A stretch of DNA of 64,000 bases. Source: an uncultured Verrucomicrobiae bacterium (GTDB lineage Bacteria; Verrucomicrobiota; Verrucomicrobiia; Chthoniobacterales; Chthoniobacteraceae). The notes below the pieces were generated by a model. It was not told where the DNA came from and searched no databases. It saw only the letters and a list, made by a program, of their open reading frames with translations. The stretch lies in NCBI GenBank assembly GCA_963769025.1, contig CAVYKI010000009.1, positions 640,001 to 704,000 of the forward strand, read 5' to 3'. The position numbers and the translations under genes are program-made. Positions 9,050 to 18,525 of the stretch are shown in pieces (the stretch's first letter is position 1; each line of letters begins with the position of its first letter).

Positions 9050-10915
9050 TCACTCGCGGGCCGGGCTCAGTCTCACGATTTTCTTCCCCGGCATCGCGCT
9101 TTTCACGAGCTCGGGGATCTGCTCGATGGCTTCGAAATCGTATTTCTGGATGGCGGGATCGAGTTTGTCCCACGGGACAAGGTAAGGCGAAGTCCGGTTC
9201 GCCTTGTCTTGCGTTTTCCCGTGACGCCAGCCGGCCAGCCATCGCTCCGCGTTCCATCGCTGGTGTTCCACCGGGGCGAGCGCCTTGATGTCGTTTTCAT
9301 CGAGGGCTTCGATCGCTTCGCCCGCATGGTCGTCCGCCACAAGCTCGCAACCGATGGCGCGGAGCTTCACGCGAAGATGGTCGGCCTGCTGGCGGTTGGA
9401 CTCGCGGATGTCATCCCGGAGGTCATCCCAGTCGCGGAGCGTGGGATCATTCTCCGGCGTGCGCTGCGAAGTCGCGGCGCGCCGTCCGACGAACCGCCGG
9501 TGAATTGCGCGTGCGAGTTCATCCAGCTCGTCGCCTCGAAATGCGCCGTCCGAGCACGTGTCGTCCACGGTGCCGAAGGGCACAATCCGCACCTTGTCGC
9601 CTTCCGCGGCTTCGAGGATGCGCGCCACTGAATCCTTCGAGCGGATGCGCACGTGGATCCCGCAGGATTTGCACTCGCGCAGGACATCCTGGAGGCGGAG
9701 GGCCACCTCGAGGCTGCGGCCATCGTCGTCGAGGCCGAAGTAGATATGCAGCAGTGCGGCGGGTTCGGCCGCCCAGCCCTCGATAAGCTTGCGCGCCTGC
9801 TGCGACTCGGCCTCCACCGCGTGAAATTGGATGTCGCAAATGTCGCGGCCGGCGAGAATCGGATAGCGGAACAGGAGGCGGTCGCGCTGCGTGCCGGCGT
9901 GGCGGTCGATCACCGAAATGCGGAGCGGCTTTCCATTTGCGAACTGCCCCATCTTTGCCGCGCGTAACGCGAGGCTGCGTCCCATCCTCCCGAAGCCGAG
10001 AATCACCACATGGACCGAGCGCGGATCGAGCGGTCCGATGCCCTTGCCGTCGAGCGGGTGATCGCGCAGCACGCGGCGCGCTTCGCTGTCATAGACGTCG
10101 AAGAAGTGCAGCCGGCTTGCCGCATCGTTTCTCTCCTGATCGATCCACCGGTCCACCGCCTCACGCAGATGAATGTCGGAGAGGTGGACGTGACGGCGCG
10201 GACGTCGCCCCGATATCCCCGCATTCAGGCACGCCTCACGGATTCCGGCCGCGATCCGCACATTGGTCGGATCCGAAGGCGTGATGACGATGATTTCCTC
10301 GGCCTTCGTGATCCGTGCCTCCGCGAGCACCTCCGGTTTCGAAGCATCGCCCAGAATCACGCACGCACCCGCCGCCTCGCAGGCATCGGTGAATGAAGCC
10401 TCCGGGTTGGGATCGATGATCACGACACGCTTTGGCGGGGGCACACGTTCGCCGTCCAAGCGCTTCAGGAAACGGCTTGCTGCCTCCACGATCCGCTTCC
10501 CGCCACGCACCTTGCCCCCGTCCATCAGATCCATCGCGATGGCGAATCCCTTCTGCCCCAGGCCGCACACGACGTAGTGATCCTCCCACCGCTTTAGCAA
10601 AAGCCGTCGCCATTCGCGCTTCAGCCGCCTCCCGATCAGGATCGCGCCCGCGCAGAACGCCGTCGCCACCCCGGCCCAGCGGCCCACTTCGAGCCACGCA
10701 TTTGCCCCGTGCTCGAAATGCGCCGTGTGCAGGATCAGCATCTGGATGCCGTGATACAGCGCTCCCAGAAAATGGACCTCCCCGTGGTGGCCGTGTTCGA
10801 GTTCGTAGCGCAGCACGCCCACTGCCCCTGCGACGACCGTCAGCACACCAAACAGGACGAGAAACCACCACTGCCTGCGCGGGATTCGGAGGTAATCGGA
10901 GGCGCCGTGGCTCAT
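9050..10915 (-). CDS. Membrane protein: 2TM (channel-like) + two RCK/TrkA-N domains + C-terminal RyR repeats
   Basis: Two hydrophobic helices flanking LGALYHGIQML; Rossmann motifs VVCGLGQKG and VILGFGRMG; RyR-type LARAIH...WDDL...RESNRQQA and EHQRWNAERWLAGW...LVPWDKL...KYD. Confidence 0.8.
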   Translation of the reverse strand: MSHGASDYLRIPRRQWWFLVLFGVLTVVAGAVGVLRYELEHGHHGEVHFLGALYHGIQMLILHTAHFEHGANAWLEVGRWAGVATAFCAGAILIGRRLKREWRRLLLKRWEDHYVVCGLGQKGFAIAMDLMDGGKVRGGKRIVEAASRFLKRLDGERVPPPKRVVIIDPNPEASFTDACEAAGACVILGDASKPEVLAEARITKAEEIIVITPSDPTNVRIAAGIREACLNAGISGRRPRRHVHLSDIHLREAVDRWIDQERNDAASRLHFFDVYDSEARRVLRDHPLDGKGIGPLDPRSVHVVILGFGRMGRSLALRAAKMGQFANGKPLRISVIDRHAGTQRDRLLFRYPILAGRDICDIQFHAVEAESQQARKLIEGWAAEPAALLHIYFGLDDDGRSLEVALRLQDVLRECKSCGIHVRIRSKDSVARILEAAEGDKVRIVPFGTVDDTCSDGAFRGDELDELARAIHRRFVGRRAATSQRTPENDPTLRDWDDLRDDIRESNRQQADHLRVKLRAIGCELVADDHAGEAIEALDENDIKALAPVEHQRWNAERWLAGWRHGKTQDKANRTSPYLVPWDKLDPAIQKYDFEAIEQIPELVKSAMPGKKIVRLSPARE

Positions 10916-10928
10916 GGTCGTTTGCGAT

Positions 10929-11228
10929 TCATTTTCGAGGCGGCACAATTTCGTAGCCGAGCGAAAGGATCGCCTTCAGCGTGCCGAGCGCGGTGATGCG
11001 GTCATATTCCTTCTCCGAATCCGGCAGCTCCGCGTACGGCACCAGGCACGGGTGCTTTTTCGCCGCATCGTCGCGACTCGGGCCAAAGGTCCACCCATCC
11101 GCCATCCGCTGCGCAGCCCAGCTATCGTGCGCGTTCTCCGCGAGCCGCTCGGTCAGCGCCATCATCTCTGGCGGCAGAAGCACGCCGGAGGCATCGATGG
11201 CCTTCGGGTGGTACGTGGAATCGCTCAT
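10929..11228 (-). CDS. Stand-alone RyR (ryanodine receptor repeat) domain protein
   Basis: YHPKAID...LTERLAENAHDSWAAQRMADGWTFGPSRDDAAKKHPCLVPYAELPDSEKEYDR...LKAILSLGYEI, the canonical RyR repeat pattern. Confidence 0.9.
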   Translation of the reverse strand: MSDSTYHPKAIDASGVLLPPEMMALTERLAENAHDSWAAQRMADGWTFGPSRDDAAKKHPCLVPYAELPDSEKEYDRITALGTLKAILSLGYEIVPPRK

Positions 11229-11288
11229 GAGCGCAGGTTGCCCCGGCAGCGGGATCACCCGCAAGCCTGCGATTGCCCGGGGCCTCGC

Positions 11289-13925
11289 TCATGCCAGTGC
11301 GCCTCCGAATTTCCTTTTCACGATCGCCCTCGCTTCCTCCAGTCCGCGTCCCGCCGGGAGGGCGTAGTAGATGGAGATGTAGGTGTGGTCGCGGGCGGTG
11401 TGGGCGGTGAGGGCGTAGATGTTTCCCTCCAAGTAGCGGAAGACTTTGTAGGTCAGCGCATAGATGAGGCCGCCGGAATCATGGGTGGTCTCGAAGCGAA
11501 GGCAGTGCAGGCCGGGCCGGGATTCGCTGAGCGTGATGCGGCCCTCGATGGGCGGCAGCGAGGCTTCGTCGGCGTCGGCGATGTGGCGTCGGTTGCGGAT
11601 GGCTTCCTCGACGATCGCGGAGAGGTCCTTCCGGAGGGGCAGGGCGCCGGGGGCGAGGTGGAAAAAGTCGAGGGCGAGGCCATGGTTCATCGCTGAGAAA
11701 AGGTGCGCCTGCCGGAGTTCGACCTGGCTTTGCCACAGCGCGCCGCTGATGGATGCGGCCAGCCCGCGGTAGTCCCGGGTGGCGACGCCGACGATGGTCG
11801 AGGTTCCATCGCGGATGATCGCCGCCTTTGGCCCGGCGGTGTCGTCGTCACCGGCGAGGCGGACGAGATGCGCGCCAAAGCGGATCGCATGGAGGCGGTA
11901 GGCGCCGCTGAAGAAATCCTCGCCGATGTCGCGCAGGATGGCGAGTTCATCCTCGCCGTAACCCGCTGCGGCGAGGGAGCCGGAGCGATCCTGTCGCGGA
12001 CGGAAGGTCGCCACGGCCTTTGAGTAAAGCTCACGGATATTCCACCAGCGCACCGGCTCGGCCTGCGCGGATTCCCACTGGGCGCGGTCGGCGCACGTGA
12101 ACACGAAGAGCGCCCGCAACCGCTGCTCATCTCCGCAGCGCCGCGCAAACTCCGCGACCTGCTCCCCGTCGTTGAGGCCGCTTTCGGCGAGTACCTTGAA
12201 AGCGCGCCGGTTTTCCACGAGGAAGCGCGCGACATCCACGGTGACCTGCGGGAACTCGCACTCGGGTGCGTAAGGCGTGAAGTAGTCCGCGAGCGGGATG
12301 CCGGAAACTCCCGAGGCGTGGCGTTCGTGGAGCGGGAGCGTCTCGTCGGTGCGGGCGGCTTCGTCCTCGGGCGTGAGCGGGAGCCGCTTGGTCTTCAGCG
12401 CGAGCTTCACCGCGGCGCGATGATCCGCGTCGAGCAGCGCGGCCTGAATCGCGGGCGCGACGCCTTCCTCGGTGGCGCTGATTTTTTCCGGGGAGACCGC
12501 GGTGGTGAGCCGCTCCGCGCCCTCGGCCACGTAGCGCTCCAGCGCGCGCATCTTTTGCCGCTCCAGCGCGCCGCGCAGGGAATGGCGTTCCCACATCACG
12601 CGGCCGTCGAGCGAGGATTCGAATTTCCCGTAGCCGGGAAAGAGACGGGCCTCGGCACCGTCGATCTGGGAGAGGAACTCGAAGGAATCCGCGAGGCTTC
12701 CGCGGGGCTCATAAAAGAGCGCGGAAACCTCCGGCACGCGCACGAGCCAGTCGCCGGCATTGTGAAAGGTCGCGTGGAGTTCGGCGGGGTCGATCGGCAC
12801 GCCGTAGCGCTGCGAGTCCAGCAGCAGCGAAAGCGCCGCGCGGCTCTTGTCTCGCGCGGTCTCGCAGAAGCCGGAGGTCGCATGCCGCAGGCCGGCAGTG
12901 CCGTAGATCATGGGACTCCCCGGCGACACCGCACGCCCGTGCCTCAGTTCCCGCCCGATCACCGCCCTTGAAAACACCGCCACACGGCGTCGCGCTGCGA
13001 GCAGTCGCGCGCGGACCTCGTCGGCAAATTCAAACCGCGCGCCTTCGTCGCTCCCGGGCCCGAGCATCTCTCCATATGAGACTGAATCCTCGAACCCGAG
13101 CATGTCCTCGGGGTGATTGCCAAAGGCGTCCGGCCTGCCTCCTGGCGGACGGCGCAGGTGCACCCACGCGCGGATGCGCAGCAGGAAATCATACGCCGCC
13201 AGGTCGCGCGGGTCCTCGAGTTCGCGATAGATCTCGTGGCTGTGGACGAATGTTTTCCCGGCAAGCGTCCAGATGCCGCCGAGGAAAACGCGAAGTCCGT
13301 CGTTCTTGATGTCGAAGCGATCCAGCCGCTCGCTTCCCGCGCCCGCGGCCTCCCACTGCTCCTTCCAAAAACCACGCAGGTGCAGGAAATGCCCGAAGGG
13401 ATCGCAGGACTCGCGGATGCGTTCACGGAAGCGCCCGGAAAGCCCGCACGGGTCGTACACCGCACGCATGTCGAGGAAGGAATTGAGCGGCTTGTCCACG
13501 AGCGCTGGCGCGTCATCGAGGCCGAACGGAAGCGCTTCGCAGCGAAAGCCGTGCTGTTCGCGGAATTCGTCCGTGTGCAACGTCTGCCGCTGGAGCTCCA
13601 GCAGGAAGGCATTGCCCTCGATCGCGTCGTCGAAGAGGAACGCGAAATCCAGATCGGAGCACGGCGTGACCTCGCCGCGGCCGGTCCCGCCGAGCGCCAC
13701 GACGGCGAAGGGCTTTGCGTAGCCGAGCGCGCCCTGTTGCGCCTCGGCCCATTGCCCGACGAGCGCCGTGAAAATTGCCGTCCGCGCATTGGCGATCGCG
13801 CGGCCATTCCCCAGATCGGCGCTCCGGATCCGGGCGTCATTTTCCGCGATGAGCCGACGGTGCGCCTCCAGCGGCCCGCACTCGCGGGCCACCTCCAGCA
13901 CTCGGGCTTCGTCTTGGGCGATCAT
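11289..13925 (-). CDS. glnD: Divergent GlnD-like nucleotidyltransferase (NTase - helical - degenerate HD - 2xACT)
   Basis: VALGGTGRGEVTPCSDLDF (Pol-beta NTase motif), DIKNDGLR, AYDFLLRIRAWVH, LFVFTCAD...W..RELY, ACT-like TRDYRGLAASISG...ALDFF and HDSGGLIY; 878 aa, about GlnD length; HD residues not found. Confidence 0.75.
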   Translation of the reverse strand: MIAQDEARVLEVARECGPLEAHRRLIAENDARIRSADLGNGRAIANARTAIFTALVGQWAEAQQGALGYAKPFAVVALGGTGRGEVTPCSDLDFAFLFDDAIEGNAFLLELQRQTLHTDEFREQHGFRCEALPFGLDDAPALVDKPLNSFLDMRAVYDPCGLSGRFRERIRESCDPFGHFLHLRGFWKEQWEAAGAGSERLDRFDIKNDGLRVFLGGIWTLAGKTFVHSHEIYRELEDPRDLAAYDFLLRIRAWVHLRRPPGGRPDAFGNHPEDMLGFEDSVSYGEMLGPGSDEGARFEFADEVRARLLAARRRVAVFSRAVIGRELRHGRAVSPGSPMIYGTAGLRHATSGFCETARDKSRAALSLLLDSQRYGVPIDPAELHATFHNAGDWLVRVPEVSALFYEPRGSLADSFEFLSQIDGAEARLFPGYGKFESSLDGRVMWERHSLRGALERQKMRALERYVAEGAERLTTAVSPEKISATEEGVAPAIQAALLDADHRAAVKLALKTKRLPLTPEDEAARTDETLPLHERHASGVSGIPLADYFTPYAPECEFPQVTVDVARFLVENRRAFKVLAESGLNDGEQVAEFARRCGDEQRLRALFVFTCADRAQWESAQAEPVRWWNIRELYSKAVATFRPRQDRSGSLAAAGYGEDELAILRDIGEDFFSGAYRLHAIRFGAHLVRLAGDDDTAGPKAAIIRDGTSTIVGVATRDYRGLAASISGALWQSQVELRQAHLFSAMNHGLALDFFHLAPGALPLRKDLSAIVEEAIRNRRHIADADEASLPPIEGRITLSESRPGLHCLRFETTHDSGGLIYALTYKVFRYLEGNIYALTAHTARDHTYISIYYALPAGRGLEEARAIVKRKFGGALA

Positions 13926-14515
13926 GCGGAAAATCTGCCAGCAAAGCCGGCGATGTCACTTCAGCAATGAATGCCGCGTGCCGGACCGAGGACCGGAGAG
14001 TGTGAGGCGTCGCACCGAGCCGCGGGCCGCGCTTTCCCGGTCAGGCGTTCCGACTTCTTCCGGCTTGAGCAGGGACGGCAATTTTGCGCACCACCACTCC
14101 CTGACGGAGGGAATACGCAAGCCGTTCAGGACCGTTCGATGCGCTCGGCCGCGTCCGGGCGCGCAGTTCGCACAACTCGGGGACGTTTGCGAGTTCACGT
14201 TCGACAAGAAGGACATCGCGGTGAGGGCCGACAAGATGCCGATGTTCGCGCCTACACGCTAATGCCGAAGGATCAACTTCCGTTGTCTTGGTACCTGAAC
14301 CCTGAGGGTGAGGCACCGAAAAAATTGCCATAGAACATCTGAAGCAGTGCCCTTCAATTCCATATGACATACATTGTTCGATGTTATATGTATACACATC
14401 GATCGCTGATGGTTTCATTGCTGTGAACAACTTGCGAAGAACTACGACGCGTTCACTCCATGCGTTCCCGAAGCCTGATATGCACCCTGCGGCAACGCCT
14501 CCTTGCACCTCTTCC

Positions 14516-17500
14516 CTACTCAAGAAGGCCTCGGATCTCCTCCATACTCAGTGCTTCCATGAGGGACTGCTCGCCCTCCAGTGTCGCCGCAATTACGGCG
14601 CGCTTTTTTGCCTGAAGATTGATGATCCCTTCCTCGATTGTACCTCTCGAAATGAGTTTGTAGCTTGTGACGATCCGCTTTTGGCCGATCCGGTGGGCAC
14701 GGTCGGTCGCCTGAGCCTCAACGGACGGATTCCACCATGGGTCGAAATGAATCACGGTATCCGCAGCGGTCAGATTAAGGCCTGTTCCGCCCGCTCGGAG
14801 GCTTATGAGAAAAACCGGGACGTCACCCGCTTGGAATCGGGCGACCTCGGCGCCCCGATCCCGCGTTTGCCCGTCCAGGTAGCAGTGTCTCACACCGAGA
14901 TTGTCGAGTCGGCTGCGGATAAAGCTCAGCATGCTGACAAACTGACTGAAAATGAGCACCCTATGCCCGCCATCCAAGGCTTCCGAAAGCAATTCCTCCA
15001 GAAGCTCGAGCTTTGCGGAGGCATCGGAATCGCTTGGTTGCTGCTCAATGCCGAGTAGGCGGATATCACAGGCAGCCTGCCGCAGGCGCAGCAATGCGGT
15101 TAACATCAACATCCGAGCCTTGTTTCGATCCGTGTATCCAGACAATTCGGAAAGTTGAGACCGCGCCGCATTTGCGAGCTGATTGTAAACATCAGATTGT
15201 GCCGCAGTCATTGTGCAATACGCGATTTGCTCTAGTTTTTCCGGTATCTCCGTTGCTACTGATTCCTTCGTCCGCCTAAGAAGAAATGGCCGGATTCGGC
15301 GGGTGAGGCGTTTCTGTTCTGGTCCGTCGGAACCGCTTTGAATCGCCTTTTCGTACCCTTCACGGAAATCAGCGCGCGTGCCAAGGTATCCAGGCATCAG
15401 GAAATTCATCAGTGACCAGATGTCGCGCACTGAATTTTCCACTGGCGTGCCGGTGAGGACAAATCGGTGCGCTGCGTTGAGCGCCGAGGCTGACTGGGCG
15501 TTCTGGCTGTCGGGATTCTTGATATGCTGGGCCTCATCGAGGATAACGGCGCCGAATTGTTGGCTCCGGTAGTTTTCCGCATCCCTTCTGAGCAACGGAT
15601 AACTCGTAATTACCAGATCAGATCTCTCGATTTTATGGAAATCCTCCGCTCGATGCGCTCCCTCGAGCGTTAGAACCCGGAGTTCGGGTGTCCATTTCGA
15701 GGATTCGGCGCGCCAGTTGAAAATCAGCGACGAAGGACAGACGACGAGGCTTGGGCCCTGCCCTCGCAGCGTGCGGATGAAAGCGAGCGCCTGAAGCGTT
15801 TTTCCAAGACCCATTTCGTCGGCCAGGATGCCGCCGAAGCCGTTTTGCGCGAGGAAGTGCAGCCAATAGACGCCGTGTTTCTGATAGTCGCGCAGCACGG
15901 TATCCAGTGAACCAAGCGGGACCGGCATGAGACGTTCGAGATTCCGAGCGGCGCAGGCCCAGTCGCGCCAGCGTGTTTCGCCGGCGACGGGAAGTCCATT
16001 CTCCGTTGCGAACGCATCGAGCGCGCCCGCCTCTCTGCGATCGAGTCGGTAAACGCCGGCCTGGCTTTGCTGAGGATTGCTCTCGCGCAGGAGGCGTTCA
16101 AATTCATCGAGCAGCCCGGGATCGAAGACCGCAAGCTTGCCGTTTTTGCGCCGCACGTGACTCTGGCCACCTTGCAGCAACCGTGCGATGTCTGCGCCCG
16201 AAAAACGTTCGCCTCCTGTAGCGGCCAGCTCGTACGAAAGGTCGAACCACTGCTCGCCGGACGATCGGATTTCCAGCCGCGGTTTGATGCGCTCGACCTC
16301 GCGTGTGACATGCTGAAACCGCTCGCCGATCTCGACTTTCCAGTCGCGCTCCAGTCGCGGCAGCACGGACGCGAAGAACGCGAGGATTCGCTGTTCACCC
16401 TTGAGTGTGAGTTCCCCTTTTCCATCCGGGCCGGAAAAACCGCACGCCCGCAGTCGCTCCAGCGCCGACTGCTCGGCTGCACGGTTGCGCGCAAACCGCG
16501 CGAGGGCCGCGCCGGTGCCATCGAGCGTCACGCGGCGATCGCCATAAACTGCTTCAACCCGCGCAGTGAGAAAATTCAGCGAGCCTTCGACTCGCGCCGC
16601 AAATCGGGGCACCGGAAGTTCGGCGGGCGCGCCGGGCGCGACATCGCCCTCGATCTCGAAGAAGTTTGCGAGTGTCGCGAGTTCGCGTTCGATGAATGCA
16701 TCCGCGGCACCCGCGGGAATGCTGATTGGACGCTCGAAGACCGTGAAATACGCAGCCGGCAGCCCCGGAGCGACAGCGATGAACGTCCCGCGATCGCGCA
16801 GCCACACGGCATTCCCGGCGATCAAAAGCGCGCCATCGGCGGGCACGTGCGCCACTCGGAGGCCGCCATCTTCCATGCGCTCGATGCGCAGGGTGTCACG
16901 ATTCCCCTGCCCTTCGATTTTCACCGGCTGCGTCTTTCCAAAAGTGACCCGAGGATTCCCGGCCAGCGCGCCGAGCAACTCCGCAAATTGTGCCTGCGTC
17001 AGCATTACCATCGCCGGCAGCTTTCCATCGGCAAAAGCACGCAGCCGAGCGACCAACCGCATATCGGCTTCGCTCGCGCGGTAGCGTTTCGTCGCATCGA
17101 GCGCGCCGAGCGGTTTGCGTTGCCCGGCCGTCTCGACCTCGAATACCACCATCACGGATTTCTTGTCCCACGCCGCGGTGAAATTCGGTGGCAGTATCAC
17201 GTGCAGCATCGCCTCCGGACCCTCCGCATCCGGCGCAAAATTCGGGTCACCGGCAGGCCCCGCCGGCATGCTTGTCGCGCCAATTTTTTCCGTGGCTGGC
17301 GCCGGAACCTCGTCCTTCTTCAGCCCCCGAATCACCGCCACCCCGACCGCCAGCGAATGCGCGCACACGAGCCCGCGCCGCCGGCTCGCCGGACACGGGC
17401 AGGTGTTCTCCATGTTCGTGCGCGACACCACGCGCAGCCCTGCGCGGAAATTCCCCTCCGCACCGCGCACGAGGCCCGCGAGCACGGGCGGTTCATAGGC

Positions 17501-17599
17501 GGCCTCGAGCACACGGCCTGCATCGTAAAGCGACCGCGCTTCCTTCATCGCTTCCCAGCCGCCGGCGTCCATCAGGAGTTTTTCAGTGAGTTCGACCAT
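14516..17599 (-). CDS. SWIM zinc finger - SNF2 family helicase
   Basis: SWIM CPC...CAH; LADEMGLGKT, ILDEAQHIKN, LTGTPVEN, FSQF, GGTGLNL, DPWWNP, ATDRAHRIGQ; real start MVELTEK (the ORF-track extension is antisense to parA). Confidence 0.92.
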   Translation of the reverse strand: MVELTEKLLMDAGGWEAMKEARSLYDAGRVLEAAYEPPVLAGLVRGAEGNFRAGLRVVSRTNMENTCPCPASRRRGLVCAHSLAVGVAVIRGLKKDEVPAPATEKIGATSMPAGPAGDPNFAPDAEGPEAMLHVILPPNFTAAWDKKSVMVVFEVETAGQRKPLGALDATKRYRASEADMRLVARLRAFADGKLPAMVMLTQAQFAELLGALAGNPRVTFGKTQPVKIEGQGNRDTLRIERMEDGGLRVAHVPADGALLIAGNAVWLRDRGTFIAVAPGLPAAYFTVFERPISIPAGAADAFIERELATLANFFEIEGDVAPGAPAELPVPRFAARVEGSLNFLTARVEAVYGDRRVTLDGTGAALARFARNRAAEQSALERLRACGFSGPDGKGELTLKGEQRILAFFASVLPRLERDWKVEIGERFQHVTREVERIKPRLEIRSSGEQWFDLSYELAATGGERFSGADIARLLQGGQSHVRRKNGKLAVFDPGLLDEFERLLRESNPQQSQAGVYRLDRREAGALDAFATENGLPVAGETRWRDWACAARNLERLMPVPLGSLDTVLRDYQKHGVYWLHFLAQNGFGGILADEMGLGKTLQALAFIRTLRGQGPSLVVCPSSLIFNWRAESSKWTPELRVLTLEGAHRAEDFHKIERSDLVITSYPLLRRDAENYRSQQFGAVILDEAQHIKNPDSQNAQSASALNAAHRFVLTGTPVENSVRDIWSLMNFLMPGYLGTRADFREGYEKAIQSGSDGPEQKRLTRRIRPFLLRRTKESVATEIPEKLEQIAYCTMTAAQSDVYNQLANAARSQLSELSGYTDRNKARMLMLTALLRLRQAACDIRLLGIEQQPSDSDASAKLELLEELLSEALDGGHRVLIFSQFVSMLSFIRSRLDNLGVRHCYLDGQTRDRGAEVARFQAGDVPVFLISLRAGGTGLNLTAADTVIHFDPWWNPSVEAQATDRAHRIGQKRIVTSYKLISRGTIEEGIINLQAKKRAVIAATLEGEQSLMEALSMEEIRGLLE

Positions 17600-17686
17600 T
17601 CGCGTTCGCCCCATCCTTACCTTTCCTTCCACTCCTGCGCCAATTTTCTGTTCATCCTCACGCGCATTCCTACACTGCGCGCCTTC

Positions 17687-18475
17687 ATGAAAGTCATCGC
17701 GGTCGCGAATCAAAAGGGTGGCGTCGGAAAGACGACGACCTCGCTCAACCTCAGTGTCTGCCTCGCAGAATTGGGGCAGCGCGTGCTGCTCGTGGACCTC
17801 GACCCGCAGGCAAACGCCACCAGCGGCATCGGCATCGAGCCCGTGGACGACATTTCCGCCTCGGGTCCGATGATGCGTTCCGCCCCGTTCACCGACATGG
17901 TGATTCCGACGCGCTTCCCAAATCTCTGGCTCGTCCCCGCGAACCTCGACCTCGCGGGTGTGGAAGTCGAAGCGATCCTCGCCGGCGATCACCTCACGCG
18001 CCTTCGCGAAGCCCTCGTGGACATGAGGAAAGACGCGCCGTTCGATTTCGTCATCCTCGACTGCCCGCCTTCGCTCGGCGTGCTCATGACGAACGCGCTC
18101 TGCGCCGCGGACGAGGTCGTCGTCCCGCTCCAGTGCGAATACTACAGCCTCGAGGGCCTCGCGAAAATCGTCGGCGTCTGCGAGCAGCTCCGCCAGCCCG
18201 GCGCGAATCCCGACCTCCAGCTCTGCGGCATCCTCATGACGATGTACATGCGGACGAACCACTCCAACCAGGTCATCGCCGAAATCCAAAAGCACTACGG
18301 CGACATCATTTTCAAAACGGTGATCCCGCGCACCATCCGTCTCGCCGAGGCGCCGAGCCACGGGCAGCCGATCATCCAATACGAACCCGGTGGCCTCGGC
18401 TCCGCCGCGTACCGTGCATTCGCCAAGGAATTCCTCGCCCGTGAAGGCGTGAAGCCCGTGACGATGGCGGACTGA
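17687..18475 (+). CDS. parA: ParA/Soj family ATPase
   Basis: NQKGGVGKTTT deviant Walker A, DLDPQANAT, DCPPSLG, PLQCEYYSLEGL, IRLAEAPSHG. Confidence 0.92.
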   Translation: MKVIAVANQKGGVGKTTTSLNLSVCLAELGQRVLLVDLDPQANATSGIGIEPVDDISASGPMMRSAPFTDMVIPTRFPNLWLVPANLDLAGVEVEAILAGDHLTRLREALVDMRKDAPFDFVILDCPPSLGVLMTNALCAADEVVVPLQCEYYSLEGLAKIVGVCEQLRQPGANPDLQLCGILMTMYMRTNHSNQVIAEIQKHYGDIIFKTVIPRTIRLAEAPSHGQPIIQYEPGGLGSAAYRAFAKEFLAREGVKPVTMAD

Positions 18476-18525
18476 GCTGGCGCGGTTGGAAAAATCGCGC
18501 CTGCCTCACGCGGACAGCACGCGTG

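Noticed and set aside
14516..17599. SNF2 helicase as part of a defence system (DISARM/BREX/Zorya-like)
   Set aside because: SWIM-SNF2 is a common stand-alone bacterial family, and no methylase, nuclease or other defence partner is adjacent.
14516..18475. Apparent long overlapping antisense ORFs (1287 aa minus, 802 aa plus)
   Set aside because: The extensions are shadows of the opposite gene in high-GC DNA; real starts at 17599 and 17687 remove the overlap.
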